DNA of 57,572 nt, the filler included, from Clostridiaceae bacterium (GTDB lineage: Bacteria; Bacillota; Clostridia; CAYPLH01; DUMO01): NCBI GenBank assembly GCA_012839865.1. It is 5 parts of 5 records of this genome, joined end to end, with 100 filler letters (N's around TTAATTAATTAA, not from the genome) between each part and the next. Parts side by side here need not be neighbours in the genome. Positions count along the whole stretch, not along the records: positions 16,089 to 41,305 come from DUMO01000078.1; 4 more parts are not named here. One strand, given 5' to 3'. The notes under the pieces were generated by a model that saw only the letters and a list, made by a program, of their open reading frames with translations, did not search any database and was not told the DNA's origin. Shown here piece by piece: positions 18,968 through 30,542 of the stretch (within the stretch, counting starts at the first letter, position 1; the number at the start of each line of letters is the position of its first letter). Position numbers and translations under genes: made by a program.

Positions 18968-19331
18968 TATAATACTTCTGGTTATTACCGCATTATTGTC
19001 AATATCCGGATATGTAGGTTATTCCATGTATATGGACAGAATTGAAAGCCTAAGTAAAATTGCTGTAATCCGGTATGAGGACCAAACCATCAGGCGCATC
19101 AACATTGATACGGTTGATAAATTAATGGAATTTACAGTTAATGGAATTTACAATAACAAAATCCTGGTGGAAAAGGGAAGAATTCGAGTCATAGAATCTG
19201 ATTGCCCGGACCAGGTTTGCGTCAGAACCGGCTGGCTTACCAAAACAGGAGAACTGGCAGTATGTGTTCCGAACAGGTTAATGATTAAGATTGAAGGAGA
19301 AAACCTGGAAATTGACGGCGTGACCCATTAG
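18951..19331 (+). CDS. NusG domain II protein (EetA-like)
   Basis: MLKKGDIILL, N-terminal TM helix, ESDCPDQVCVRTGWL..VCVPNR. Confidence 0.85.
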   Translation: MLKKGDIILLVITALLSISGYVGYSMYMDRIESLSKIAVIRYEDQTIRRINIDTVDKLMEFTVNGIYNNKILVEKGRIRVIESDCPDQVCVRTGWLTKTGELAVCVPNRLMIKIEGENLEIDGVTH

Positions 19332-19388
19332 TGGCAACCAGTGCAGGCACCGGGAGAACGTTTCAAATCATAGTTTTTGCAAGGGGAA

Positions 19389-19904
19389 ATGGAGTTGAAA
19401 GGTACTAGAAAAATCACAATATTGTCTGTCTTTACATCACAAGCGCTGGTACTGTCCATTATTGAGTCAATGTTTCCAATTCCTCTTGGTATACCGGGTA
19501 TAAAGCTGGGGCTTGCAAACATCATGACCTTGATGACAATAGTGATTTTTGATTTCAAAAGCGCTTTAATGGTAGTGGTTGCAAGGGTTGTACTGGCTTC
19601 AGTATATGGTGGAAGCATGCTGGTATTTTGGTTCAGTATTGCAGGCGGGCTTATAAGTACTGCAGTAATGGGACTAATGTATAAAAGATACGAGAAGTAT
19701 TTCAGTATAATTGGCATAAGTGTTGCCGGGGCACTGGCCCACAATCTGGGGCAGCTTTTTGTAGCGGTAATAGTAATGAAGGAACTATCCGTGCTGCTGT
19801 TATATGCACCGTTTCTTATGGCAGCCGGTGCCATCATGGGTGGTTTTACAGGATTAATAGCCCATTTTCTGTTAAAAGCCCTAAAGAGAATTATTACTAC
19901 ATAG
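19389..19904 (+). CDS. Gx transporter family protein (EetB-like)
   Basis: IESMFP..PGIKLGLAN, SIAGG, HNLGQL; multi-TM. Confidence 0.85.
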   Translation: MELKGTRKITILSVFTSQALVLSIIESMFPIPLGIPGIKLGLANIMTLMTIVIFDFKSALMVVVARVVLASVYGGSMLVFWFSIAGGLISTAVMGLMYKRYEKYFSIIGISVAGALAHNLGQLFVAVIVMKELSVLLLYAPFLMAAGAIMGGFTGLIAHFLLKALKRIITT

Positions 19905-20058
19905 ACAGGATCATTCTATCTGTGGTACATGCCGGATTACCTTGTTAGGATGCAAACCCGCTCAGCATGAGCGTAAAACATCATGGACCGGGATTTTGCA
20001 TTTAGGGCAGTTCAGGCTGTTTTTGAACCTAATCAAATAATCAATATTAAAAAATCAG

Positions 20059-22503
20059 GTGATTATAATTAGAACTGCTTCTATTGTATTAAACAATTGT
20101 ACCAGAAATTTTGATAAGGAATATGACTATATCATCCCTGATGATTTGGCGGATAAAGTTCAAAAGGGTGTAAGGGTGATTGTTCCCTTTGGAGTCTCAA
20201 ACAAATCTTCAGAGGGTTATGTTTTGCATATAAAAGATACTTCGGACATGGAAGATTTGAAAAGCATAAAAAAGGTAATTGACGACACACCTGTATTGAC
20301 AGAAGAAGCAATTGAGATTGCCCGCTGGATGAAAGAAAAGTATATCTGTACTTTTGCTGATGCAATCAGATGTTTTATTCCATCAGGCATGAATGTAAAA
20401 GCGCTGCAGTATGTAAAACTTATAAGGGATGTGCAAACAGATAATAAGAACTGGAATAAAATAATAGAATTCTTGCGGAAAAACGATTCTGTCTGTGAGC
20501 TTGCCGAATTGAGGAAAGTCAAGGTATCCGGGTTGTCAGGCATTCTTAAAGAATTGGAACAGTCCGGATTGGTTGAAATTACTGAGAGATATTCTTCAAA
20601 CGTTCAGGAGAAATATGTAAAAGGCGCATATCTTACAGCTGAACCCGATGAAATAATGGAAGATATGGAATCAGGCCGTATACGAACCATTCAGCAAATC
20701 AGGGTGCTTGAGATGCTGCTAGACAATGAATGCATCTCCACAGCCGACCTGATAAGGTTTTCAGGAGTATCCCCGGGAGTTTTAAATACCCTTAAGAAGA
20801 ATGGTTACATAGATTTCAAAGATATTGAGGTAAAAAGAGACCCCTTCAAGTTTAAGCACTATGAAAGCACAGAGCCTAAAACTCCTACAGCAGAGCAGGC
20901 AAAGGTGCTTGAAGAAGTTGATTTGCTGCTTGGCAAAAAGGAATTTTCTGAAGTACTTCTGCATGGAGTTACCGGCAGCGGAAAAACAGAAGTATATCTT
21001 CAACTGATAAAACACACTGTTGATATGGGGCGTGAAGCAATTGTTCTTGTGCCTGAAATTTCCCTGACTCCACAGATGGTGGAAAGATTCAAAGGAAGGT
21101 TCCAGGACAAGGTAGCCGTGCTGCACAGCCGCCTGTCTCCGGGAGAAAGGTTTGATCAATGGAAATTTATCAGGGAAGGAAAAGTAAAAGTGGTTGTCGG
21201 TGCCCGTTCTGCAGTGTTTGCGCCTCTAAAAAACATCGGAATCATAATTATCGATGAGGAGCATGAAAACACTTATAAATCTGAAATTGTACCTAAATAT
21301 CATGCATCTGAAATAGCAAGAAAGCGCTGTGAGTTAAACAGTGCAATACTGCTCTACGGTTCCGCAACACCATCGGTTGAAACATATTACAGGGCCGAAA
21401 CCGGTGAAATCAAAATGTTTAAAATGACAGAGCGGCCAAACAAAATGCATCTTCCGAAAGTTGAAATTGTTGACATGCGCAAGGAATTAAGCGAAGGAAA
21501 CAAAACAATCTTCAGTAAAAGCTTATATTTCGAAATGAAGAAAAATATTGAAGAAAACCTGCAGACAATCCTTTTTTTAAACAGGAGGGGACATTCTTCT
21601 TTCGTAATTTGCCGGGATTGCGGTTTTGTAATAAAATGCCGGTATTGCAATATCTCCATGACGTACCATGCTAATGATAAGAGGTTAATATGTCATTACT
21701 GTGGTTACACTGTTATTAACCCTCAAGTATGTCCTAAGTGCAAAAGCAATAATATCAGATATTTTGGCACAGGCACCCAAAAGGTTGAAGAGGAAGTCAG
21801 GAAATTTTTTAGCGATTGTTCTGTTTTAAGAATGGACATGGATACAACGGGCTTTAAAAATGCCCATGAATTAATATTGGAATCCTTTAAGAAGGATAAT
21901 ATTAATGTTCTGGTAGGCACTCAAATGATTGCAAAGGGGCATGACTTTCCAAATGTTACCCTCGTGGGGGTGATTGCAGCGGACAGCATACTGAACATGG
22001 GGGATTACAAAGCAACCGAAAGAACATTTCAGCTTATAACCCAGGTTGCCGGAAGAGCCGGGCGGGGTGAGCATCCGGGAAAAGTAATTGTACAGACCTA
22101 CAATACCGAAAACTTTAGTATAAAAGCTGCCTGCACCCACAATTATGATGAATTTTACAGGCAGGAAATTATACTCCGAAAAGAGCTTAATTATCCTCCC
22201 TTTACAAATATAGCAGTAATACTGCTTTCTGGCAGCAATGACAAGGTTGTATACAGCAAGGCGGAAGAAGTGAAAAAAAATATTCTGAATTTGCCAAATG
22301 TTGAGTGCTGCCAGGTTTTAGGACCTGCCAGATCTCCACTTTCCCGAATAAAAAACAGGTTCAGGTGGAGAATAGTTTTAAAGTGTGAGGATAAGGAAAG
22401 GTTAATATGGATACTTGCTAAAATAAGTGATGATTTTTACAAATCCAATAATAGAAGAATCGTTGCATTAAGTACCGACATAAACCCGTCAAACCTGCTG
22501 TAA
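20059..22503 (+). CDS. priA: Primosomal protein N'
   Basis: HGVTGSGKTEVY, DEEHE, Zn-finger CxxC pairs, GTQMIAKGHDF, QVAGRAGR. Confidence 0.96.
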   Translation: MIIIRTASIVLNNCTRNFDKEYDYIIPDDLADKVQKGVRVIVPFGVSNKSSEGYVLHIKDTSDMEDLKSIKKVIDDTPVLTEEAIEIARWMKEKYICTFADAIRCFIPSGMNVKALQYVKLIRDVQTDNKNWNKIIEFLRKNDSVCELAELRKVKVSGLSGILKELEQSGLVEITERYSSNVQEKYVKGAYLTAEPDEIMEDMESGRIRTIQQIRVLEMLLDNECISTADLIRFSGVSPGVLNTLKKNGYIDFKDIEVKRDPFKFKHYESTEPKTPTAEQAKVLEEVDLLLGKKEFSEVLLHGVTGSGKTEVYLQLIKHTVDMGREAIVLVPEISLTPQMVERFKGRFQDKVAVLHSRLSPGERFDQWKFIREGKVKVVVGARSAVFAPLKNIGIIIIDEEHENTYKSEIVPKYHASEIARKRCELNSAILLYGSATPSVETYYRAETGEIKMFKMTERPNKMHLPKVEIVDMRKELSEGNKTIFSKSLYFEMKKNIEENLQTILFLNRRGHSSFVICRDCGFVIKCRYCNISMTYHANDKRLICHYCGYTVINPQVCPKCKSNNIRYFGTGTQKVEEEVRKFFSDCSVLRMDMDTTGFKNAHELILESFKKDNINVLVGTQMIAKGHDFPNVTLVGVIAADSILNMGDYKATERTFQLITQVAGRAGRGEHPGKVIVQTYNTENFSIKAACTHNYDEFYRQEIILRKELNYPPFTNIAVILLSGSNDKVVYSKAEEVKKNILNLPNVECCQVLGPARSPLSRIKNRFRWRIVLKCEDKERLIWILAKISDDFYKSNNRRIVALSTDINPSNLL

Positions 22504-22645
22504 GGCCGGGGTAGGTACGGTTTTTCCGGGATACCGGGGTTAGCGGCCGGGGAAATCAGTTATTTTGCTTCACTTGATTAATAGCAATTTTGAATGGTAT
22601 ATTTATTTATATAATAAAATATTTCTTTTTTTACAGGAGGCTATT

Positions 22646-23152
22646 ATGGCTGTCAGGAATATAAGGAAGGAATCAGACAAGGTACTGAGGAAGATTTCAA
22701 AAGATGTTGAAAAAATTGATGACAGGACCCTTGTTCTTATAGAAGATATGGTAGAAACCATGTATAAAAGTGATGGTGTTGGCCTTGCGGCACCCCAGGT
22801 GGGAATACTCAAAAGAATAATTGTGTTGGATGACGGGACTGAGCTTTTGAAGCTCATAAATCCGGTTATCAAAGAGCAATCCGGGGAACAGATGGAAATT
22901 GAAGGCTGTCTTAGCGTTCCGGGGGTTTACGGTGAAGTGAAAAGGCCCCTTAAAGTGAAGGTTGATGCTGTGAACACGGATGGTGAAAAAGTGGAAATTG
23001 AAGCTGAAGGATTGAGAGCAATAATATTGTCCCACGAAATAGACCACCTGGATGGTATACTGTTTATTGACAAGGCGGAAAGGATTCTGACCGAGAAGGA
23101 AATTGATGAAAAACGCAAGAGTAAAAATAAAGACGAAACGAACAATGAATGA
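22646..23152 (+). CDS. def: Peptide deformylase
   Basis: GVGLAAPQVG, EGCLS, HEIDHL. RBS AGGAGG before ATG 22646. Confidence 0.96.
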   Translation: MAVRNIRKESDKVLRKISKDVEKIDDRTLVLIEDMVETMYKSDGVGLAAPQVGILKRIIVLDDGTELLKLINPVIKEQSGEQMEIEGCLSVPGVYGEVKRPLKVKVDAVNTDGEKVEIEAEGLRAIILSHEIDHLDGILFIDKAERILTEKEIDEKRKSKNKDETNNE

Positions 23153-23256
23153 GAATGCATAAAGGATGAAATTTCCCTGTGGAGAATTTTTTAACCAACT
23201 AAACAAAAGGTATTAAAAAACATGTTGACTATTAGTAATTCAGGAGTTGTTGTACT

Positions 23257-24195
23257 TTGAAGATAATTTTTATGGGTACGCCGGAGTTTTCCGTACCATG
23301 CCTTAAAATGCTGATAGAAGAAGGATATGAGATCCCTGCTGTTATTACCCAGCCGGATAAGCCGAAAGGCCGGGGGAAGAAGCTATGCGCGCCGCCGGTA
23401 AAGGAATTTGCTCTTTCCTGCGGTATAAATGTCTACCAGCCAGAAAAAGTAAAAACAAAAGAATTTGTCGGGCTTATAAGGAGTATGTCCCCTGATTTGA
23501 TTATTGTGGTGGCATATGGCAAGATTCTATCAAAAAGGGTGTTGGATATACCAAGATTAGGGTGTATAAATGTTCATGCATCTCTGCTGCCAAAATACAG
23601 AGGTGCTGCCCCCTACCAGTGGGCTATAATAAACGGTGAAAAAGTGACCGGTATTACAACCATGCTTATGGATGAGGGAATGGATACGGGAGATATTTTA
23701 TTAAGAAGAGAAATGAATATTCCTGATGACATGACTGCCGGAGAGCTTCACGACAAGCTTTCCATAATGGGTGCAGAAATTTTGAAAGAAACCCTGAAAA
23801 AGCTGGAAATGGGTGTTTTGACTCCTGTACCCCAGAATAACGATGAAGCCACATATGCATCCATGCTCAATAAAGATATGGGAAATATTGACTGGACCAA
23901 AAGCGCCCGGGATATCTGCAATCTTATAAGGGGCACAAACCCATGGCCCGGAGCTTATACTTATTTAAATGGTTGCCGGATCAGGATATGGAAAGCGGAA
24001 ATAATAGACAACCAAAGAACCGGACAGCAACCCGGGGCTGTTGTTGATGTAGATAAATGCAGTTTAATAGTAGAATGCGGAAAGGGTACGTTGAAAGTTT
24101 TGGAACTGCAAATGGATAACTGCAGAAAAATGTTCACAGAAGAATACCTTTGCGGGCACAAAATAAACAAAGGTGACGTATTTGTGAAGGAGTAA
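23257..24195 (+). CDS. fmt: Methionyl-tRNA formyltransferase
   Basis: FMGTPEFS, VVAYGKIL, NVHASLLPKYRGAAP, MDTGD. Confidence 0.96.
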   Translation: MKIIFMGTPEFSVPCLKMLIEEGYEIPAVITQPDKPKGRGKKLCAPPVKEFALSCGINVYQPEKVKTKEFVGLIRSMSPDLIIVVAYGKILSKRVLDIPRLGCINVHASLLPKYRGAAPYQWAIINGEKVTGITTMLMDEGMDTGDILLRREMNIPDDMTAGELHDKLSIMGAEILKETLKKLEMGVLTPVPQNNDEATYASMLNKDMGNIDWTKSARDICNLIRGTNPWPGAYTYLNGCRIRIWKAEIIDNQRTGQQPGAVVDVDKCSLIVECGKGTLKVLELQMDNCRKMFTEEYLCGHKINKGDVFVKE

Positions 24196-24258
24196 GCACT
24201 AAACGGCCATTTGCCATACGTATAAGCAGGTGTAATTTTTATAAATCAAACAGAAAAG

Positions 24259-25623
24259 GTGATTTTAATAAGTCAGTTGGATAAACCACGGGAAACCGCA
24301 TTGATAATTCTTAATGATATAACTTCAAAAGAGGCATATTTAAATATTGCCCTTAACAATCATCTTAAAAACTCTGAATTTGGCACCCAGGACAGGGCAT
24401 TTATCACCGAACTTGTTTATGGTGTTATAAAATGGCAGTTGACACTGGATTACATTATTTCACTCTTTTCAAAAATTAAACTTTCTAAAATGTCTCAATG
24501 GATTTTGAATATATTAAGACTTGGAGTTTACCAGATTATCTTCATGGACAGGGTGCCGGAATCTGCAGCCTGCAATGAATGCGTCAAGCTGTCCAAAAGA
24601 TATGGACACAAAGCCTCCAGCAATTTTGTAAATGCAGTTTTAAGGAATGTGGCAAGAAATAAAAACAACATCGAATATCCTGATCCAAATAAAGATACTA
24701 TCAAATACCTGTCTGTTAAATACTCTCATCCTGAATGGCTGGTAAAATATTGGACAAAATGGTTGGGAAGGGAGTTTACTGAAAATTTGCTTGATGCAAA
24801 CAACAATCCCCCTGAGTTGACAATTCGCACAAACACCCTCAAGACCAATCCTTCCGAATTGATTGCCAGGATGAACTCTGAAGGTGTTGAAGCGATACAT
24901 GGCAAGTATGTCGAAGATGCCTTAATATTAAAGGGAACTGTATCCGTTGCAGATCTTAAAGCACATAAAACCGGGCTTTTTCAGGTCCAGGACGAGAGTT
25001 CAATGCTTGCAGTCAGGATTCTTGACCCTCAACCGGGAGAGAATGTGGCAGACCTTTGCAGTGCGCCGGGTGGGAAAACAGCTTATATCGCACAGCTTAT
25101 GAAAAACAGGGGTATGGTTCTGGCAAGGGATGTCCACCCCCAAAAAGTGAAGCTTGTAAGGGATGCGGCTTCGTTATTAGGTATAGATATAGTAAAAACA
25201 GAAGTTTTCGATTCCACTGTTTTTGATGAAACACTTAAAGAAAAGTTTGACCGGGTGCTTGTTGACGCGCCATGCACCGGCCTTGGCATAATCCGGAGAA
25301 AGGCCGACATAAAATGGCGAAGAAAGCCCGAAGATCTTGAATCTTTGAGAAAAATACAAATTAAAATACTGGATAATGCAGCCCGCTATGTAAAGCCCGG
25401 GGGTGTAATTGTATACAGCACATGCACCATACAAAAGGATGAAAACCAGGGAGTAGTAGAGGCATTTTTGAATGAGCATCCGGAATTTGAGAAAGAATCC
25501 CTGGATGGTTATATTCCAGCCAGCCTGGCCGGTACTACAACAAAACAAGGTTTTGTACAAGTTTTCCCTCATGTTCATCAGATTGACGGCTTTTTTATAG
25601 CCAGATTCAGAAGGAGTCGCTGA
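24259..25623 (+). CDS. rsmB: 16S rRNA m5C967 methyltransferase
   Basis: N-terminal NusB-like domain, [20 protein letters not shown]. Confidence 0.94.
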   Translation: MILISQLDKPRETALIILNDITSKEAYLNIALNNHLKNSEFGTQDRAFITELVYGVIKWQLTLDYIISLFSKIKLSKMSQWILNILRLGVYQIIFMDRVPESAACNECVKLSKRYGHKASSNFVNAVLRNVARNKNNIEYPDPNKDTIKYLSVKYSHPEWLVKYWTKWLGREFTENLLDANNNPPELTIRTNTLKTNPSELIARMNSEGVEAIHGKYVEDALILKGTVSVADLKAHKTGLFQVQDESSMLAVRILDPQPGENVADLCSAPGGKTAYIAQLMKNRGMVLARDVHPQKVKLVRDAASLLGIDIVKTEVFDSTVFDETLKEKFDRVLVDAPCTGLGIIRRKADIKWRRKPEDLESLRKIQIKILDNAARYVKPGGVIVYSTCTIQKDENQGVVEAFLNEHPEFEKESLDGYIPASLAGTTTKQGFVQVFPHVHQIDGFFIARFRRSR

Positions 25624-25654
25624 ATCCCCGTTTGTAAGGAGGAACTGTAAAAAA

Positions 25655-26683
25655 GTGAAACAGAATTTGTTGGATTGTACTATAGAAGAACTTGAAGCAC
25701 TATTAAACGAATCAGGTGTTGAAAAATTCAGGGCAAAGCAGATATTTCAATGGGTTAACAAAGGTATTGCCTCAGTTGATGAAATGACAAACATATCCAA
25801 ACTTTTGCGTCAGTTGCTGGATGAACGGTTTCATACCGGAATTTTGCATATTTTAAGAAAACTTGAGTCCAAAAAGGATGAAACAAAAAAATACCTGTTC
25901 AGACTTCATGATAATAATGTAGTTGAAAGCGTACTTATGAAATATACCTATGGCTATTCCGCCTGCATTTCTTCACAGGTGGGATGCAGAATGGGCTGCA
26001 GGTTTTGCGCCTCAACGGGGATTGGATTTGCAAGAAACCTGACATGCGGTGAAATGCTCGGGCAATTAATAACAATACAAAAGGATGCTGGCATACGCAT
26101 AAGCAATATAGTGATCATGGGCATTGGGGAGCCTCTTGACAACTATGATAATGTAGTCAGGTTTCTAAGGCTGGTCAATCACAAGGGTGGGTTGAATATT
26201 GGATACAGGCATATAACATTGTCTACATGCGGCCTGGTCCCCCGGATACTGGATCTTGCAAAGGAAAATATTCCCATAACCCTTTCAATTTCCCTTCATG
26301 CGCCAAACGACGAGTTAAGGAATAAATTAATGCCTGTCAATCTGAAGTATTCTATTGACAAATTAATCGAAGCATGTAAGATATATACTGAGGAAACAGG
26401 AAGAAGAATTACATTTGAATATGCACTTATCAAGGGTTTGAATGATTCGAAGGAAAACGCCCATGAACTTGCTTTTTTAATTAAAGGCATGCTAAGCCAT
26501 GTTAATCTTATCCCGGTAAATGAAGTAGAAGGAACAGAATTTGAAAAAACCAGCAAAGAAAGAACCGGTATATTTAAGGATATACTGGAGAAAAACGGTA
26601 TTGAAGTAACATTAAGGCGTGAATTGGGCAGCGATATAAATGCAGCGTGTGGCCAGCTAAGAAGAGGTTTGGTGAAGGAGTGA
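25655..26683 (+). CDS. rlmN: 23S rRNA/tRNA m2A methyltransferase (radical SAM)
   Basis: [33 protein letters not shown]. Confidence 0.95.
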   Translation: MKQNLLDCTIEELEALLNESGVEKFRAKQIFQWVNKGIASVDEMTNISKLLRQLLDERFHTGILHILRKLESKKDETKKYLFRLHDNNVVESVLMKYTYGYSACISSQVGCRMGCRFCASTGIGFARNLTCGEMLGQLITIQKDAGIRISNIVIMGIGEPLDNYDNVVRFLRLVNHKGGLNIGYRHITLSTCGLVPRILDLAKENIPITLSISLHAPNDELRNKLMPVNLKYSIDKLIEACKIYTEETGRRITFEYALIKGLNDSKENAHELAFLIKGMLSHVNLIPVNEVEGTEFEKTSKERTGIFKDILEKNGIEVTLRRELGSDINAACGQLRRGLVKE

Positions 26684-26689
26684 AGGGTA

Positions 26690-27415
26690 ATGAGATTTGG
26701 TGCCAGAAGTGACAAAGGTATTGTCAGGAAAATTAATGAAGACAGCTATAGAATAATCTTCGATAATGCTGGCAAACCCTATTGCTTTATTGTTGCTGAC
26801 GGACTGGGCGGGCATAATTCCGGAGAAATTGCAAGCAAAATGGCTGTCGATCATGTAACCGAATATATACATAAACACCGTTATGATTCGGCAAGCAGCA
26901 TAACCGATGTCATATCAAACAGCATCAAGGATGCAAATAACAAGATATATGAAAATGCCAAAGCCAACATTAAAAATCATGGCATGGGCACGACTATTAT
27001 TGTATGTCTTACACATGGAAACAAGGTTTATATCGGTCATGTTGGAGACAGCAGAGTGTATTTGATCAGAAACGGCAGTATAAAAAGATTGACTACGGAT
27101 CACTCATATATTGAGGAATTGATCAGCTCAGGAACACTGACCAGGGAGGAAGCAAAATATCACCCCAGGAAAAATGTAATTACCAGAGCTGTCGGTTTTT
27201 CGGGTGATGTTGCCATTGATACATATGAGTCGGAATATATGGACAATGATATATACCTTTTATGCACCGACGGATTGACTAATAAGCTTGATGAATCAGA
27301 ATTGCTTGATGTTATTGAAAAACACAGTGATTTGCAGGAAGCCTGCGATGAGCTTGTAAAACTTTCAAACGAAAAAGGCGGCGAAGATAATATAACGGTT
27401 GTGGCATTTTCTTGA
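26690..27415 (+). CDS. prpC: PP2C-family Ser/Thr phosphatase (Stp1/PrpC)
   Basis: RKINEDS, VADGLGGH, MGTT, HVGDSR, LCTDGL, DNITV. Confidence 0.92.
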   Translation: MRFGARSDKGIVRKINEDSYRIIFDNAGKPYCFIVADGLGGHNSGEIASKMAVDHVTEYIHKHRYDSASSITDVISNSIKDANNKIYENAKANIKNHGMGTTIIVCLTHGNKVYIGHVGDSRVYLIRNGSIKRLTTDHSYIEELISSGTLTREEAKYHPRKNVITRAVGFSGDVAIDTYESEYMDNDIYLLCTDGLTNKLDESELLDVIEKHSDLQEACDELVKLSNEKGGEDNITVVAFS

Positions 27416-27694
27416 ACAAGCCACATTTACACTGCTTGTAACGCGGCTTTATGAGCATGTGACAGGCCGCAGCGGTTGAACTTGATATACATTATTGGAA
27501 TCAGAGTTGCAATTTGTTCAAATATACTGTATGAGAAGCCAGTTCAACTCATTTTATTAGATATTTTATGGCATTAAAGATTAAAGAGCAGGGCAGTGCA
27601 TAATAGATTGCAGCATTTTAAAAAAGCCGCAGTACAAATGATAAAAATAAGACTTGTTAATAATAAGAACAAGTTTTACCTATAGAGGTGCTTC

Positions 27695-29629
27695 TTGATG
27701 ATTGGAAAGGTTTTAGGGAATAGATATGAACTTCTTCAAAAAATCGGCGGAGGAGGAATGGCAGTAGTATACAAAGCCAGATGCAAACTTCTCAACAGGC
27801 TTGTTGCTGTCAAAATTTTAAAACCTGAATTTACCAACGATGACAATTTTTTAAAACGCTTCCTGAATGAAGCCCAGTCCGCTGCCAGCCTTTCACATCC
27901 AAATATTGTGTCCATTTATGATGTAGGGCATGAGGATGATATTCATTATATAGTAATGGAGCTTGTTGACGGAATTACTTTAAAGCAGCATATTGTCAAT
28001 AACACATGCCTTCCCTGGAGAGAAGCTGTAGGTATTGCAATACAGGTTTGTTCCGCCATTAGTCATGCTCATAAAAATAAAATTATCCATCGTGATATAA
28101 AACCGCACAATATTCTTATTACCAGGGAAAAAGTGGCCAAGGTTGCAGACTTTGGCATTGCCCGGGCAGTAACAACTTCCACTTTGACTTCTGCAGGCAA
28201 TGTATTTGGTTCTGTCCACTATTCTTCTCCCGAACAGGCAAGGGGAAAATATATTGATGAGAAATCTGATATTTACTCTTTAGGGGTCACTTTATATGAA
28301 ATGATAACCGGAAGGCTTCCCTTTGACGGTGATACACCGGTCACGGTTGCCTTGAAGCATATTCAGGAAAGAGCTCAGGAACCAATAGAATTGGAGAAAG
28401 ATATTCCTGAAAGTGTCAATAATATTATATTGAAGGCTATGGAAAAAGACCAGACAAAGAGATATCAATCAGCAAAAGAAATGTTAATAGACCTTGAGGG
28501 AGTATTGAAGGAACCCGACAGGAATATTTCAATGAATGATTCTCTGGTTGATAATCCTACTATAGCCTTTAAACCTATAGATAATGAAAATATAATTCCG
28601 GAGGATGAGCTGACGATGAGCAGCAAAACAAAAGACAAGGAGTTGACGGGCGGGAATACACTGACTGTTTGGTTTGCTTTGGCTACATCTTTTATTATAA
28701 TTCTGATATTCGGTTATATTACCTATAAGCTTGTTGCACCTTCAATAAACCTTAAACCCGACGATTTTGTGGTTGGAAATTATATTGGAAGATATATCGG
28801 GGAAGTGGAAAACGAACTCGAAGAAGCCAGGATAGACATGCAGGTCAAAAGAGTGTACAACGACAAATTTGATAAGGACAAAATTGTGGAGCAATCCATT
28901 GAGCCCGATAAAACTTTAACGCCCGGAGGTTTCAGTGTCATAGTTCTTACAGTAAGTGATGGCCCCCATATGGTTGAAGTGCCTGACGTAACAAACAAGG
29001 ATTACAGAAAAGCCCAGGAGGAATTGCAGAATCTTGGTCTTTACCCGGTAACCCAACCCATGTCTCATGATACGGTTCCAATCGGCGCTGTGATAGAAAC
29101 TTCCCTGGAACCGGGCAGTCTGGTGAAAGTGGGAACTGCTATTGTCATTTACAGAAGTACCGGACCTGATTATAAAAGTACGGTTGTACCAAACTTAATA
29201 GGCAAAACCTGGGAGGAGGCCGTAGGTTTAATCGAGGCTGCCAATCTCACAATAGGAAAGATTTATCCTGAAGGCGGAGGCAACCATTACAAAATAGTAA
29301 AACAGGAGCCTGTAGCCTCGGATATCGTAGATGAAGGCACACCGGTGGACCTGTATTTTGAGAATGCTCAGGAAGCAAGAAAGCTGAAGAGTATAAAAAT
29401 AATACTGTTGGACGATAAAAAATATGGCGATGAAATAATGGTGGTGGTTATTGTAACGCCTTCAGATACACAGCAATCCGAAACTTTAATTAACGAATGC
29501 AGAAAAAAATCAGACTTTCCCCTTAATTTATCCATCCCCATTCCGGTTGGCGGAGAGACCAAGCTTTATACAAAACTTGATAATGAAGAACCAATTGAAC
29601 AAACATATGCAGATGATCAGGGGAGGTAA
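27695..29629 (+). CDS. pknB: PASTA-domain Ser/Thr kinase (Stk1/PrkC)
   Basis: GGGGMA, VAVK, HRDIKPHN, DFGIA, TM helix, three PASTA repeats. Confidence 0.95.
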   Translation: MMIGKVLGNRYELLQKIGGGGMAVVYKARCKLLNRLVAVKILKPEFTNDDNFLKRFLNEAQSAASLSHPNIVSIYDVGHEDDIHYIVMELVDGITLKQHIVNNTCLPWREAVGIAIQVCSAISHAHKNKIIHRDIKPHNILITREKVAKVADFGIARAVTTSTLTSAGNVFGSVHYSSPEQARGKYIDEKSDIYSLGVTLYEMITGRLPFDGDTPVTVALKHIQERAQEPIELEKDIPESVNNIILKAMEKDQTKRYQSAKEMLIDLEGVLKEPDRNISMNDSLVDNPTIAFKPIDNENIIPEDELTMSSKTKDKELTGGNTLTVWFALATSFIIILIFGYITYKLVAPSINLKPDDFVVGNYIGRYIGEVENELEEARIDMQVKRVYNDKFDKDKIVEQSIEPDKTLTPGGFSVIVLTVSDGPHMVEVPDVTNKDYRKAQEELQNLGLYPVTQPMSHDTVPIGAVIETSLEPGSLVKVGTAIVIYRSTGPDYKSTVVPNLIGKTWEEAVGLIEAANLTIGKIYPEGGGNHYKIVKQEPVASDIVDEGTPVDLYFENAQEARKLKSIKIILLDDKKYGDEIMVVVIVTPSDTQQSETLINECRKKSDFPLNLSIPIPVGGETKLYTKLDNEEPIEQTYADDQGR

Positions 29630-29633
29630 TATA

Positions 29634-30512
29634 TTGCCTTTAGGGCTTATACTCAAAGGAATCGGCGGTTTTTACTATGTCAAATCCCAGGAGGGTATTT
29701 TTGAATGCAAGGCAAGAGGGGTTTTCAGAAAGGATGAAATAGTTCCCCTTCCCGGAGACAGGGTTGTATTTGAAATTCTGGATTCCGAGAAAAAAACAGG
29801 TGTTGTTAGAAAAATAGAACCCAGATTTTCATATCTGGAAAGGCCTAAAGTAGCCAACGTAAACCAGATTGCCATTGTTTTGGCTGCAAGAAGCCCGGAA
29901 CCGGATTTTCTTCTTTTGGATAAACTTCTGATAACTGCCGAATCCAAAAAAATAAACCCCATTATAGTAGTCAATAAAATTGATCTCGATGTCTGCAATG
30001 TGAAAGAGAAAGTAAAAGAGTGTTACAACTGCCTGGGATACCCCGTGGTTGCGCTTAACTCAAAGACAAGAGAAGGAATGGATATACTCAATGAAATGCT
30101 TGAAAATAAAATAACTGTTCTGGCAGGACAGTCGGGTGTCGGCAAATCTACCATTCTGAACAATATTAGAGATGAATGGATAATGGAAACAGGAAGTATA
30201 AGCGAAAAAATAGAAAGAGGAAAGAATACAACAAGGCATGCCGAAATCTTTGAACTGAAAAACGGAGGTTTTCTTGTGGATACGCCAGGTTTCAGCTTAT
30301 ATGATGTAAATCTGATTGAATACAAGGATCTTGGGCATTATTACCCGGAGTTCAGGGATAAATTGTCAGAATGCAGATTTAACGGTTGCAGCCACATATC
30401 AGAGCCGGGCTGTGGGGTTAAAGAAGCATTGGAAAACGGAAGCATTGACAGGGGAAGGTATGAAAGATATATTGAAATCTACGGCAGCTTAAAGCAGCAA
30501 AAAAAGTACTAA
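29634..30512 (+). CDS. rsgA: Ribosome small-subunit-dependent GTPase A
   Basis: NKID, GQSGVGKS, TTRH, DTPG, CRFNGCSH..EPGC. TTG 29634 follows RBS GGGAGG. Confidence 0.95.
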   Translation: MPLGLILKGIGGFYYVKSQEGIFECKARGVFRKDEIVPLPGDRVVFEILDSEKKTGVVRKIEPRFSYLERPKVANVNQIAIVLAARSPEPDFLLLDKLLITAESKKINPIIVVNKIDLDVCNVKEKVKECYNCLGYPVVALNSKTREGMDILNEMLENKITVLAGQSGVGKSTILNNIRDEWIMETGSISEKIERGKNTTRHAEIFELKNGGFLVDTPGFSLYDVNLIEYKDLGHYYPEFRDKLSECRFNGCSHISEPGCGVKEALENGSIDRGRYERYIEIYGSLKQQKKY

Positions 30513-30542
30513 ATTCCCCAGGCAAATTAACATACAAAGGAT

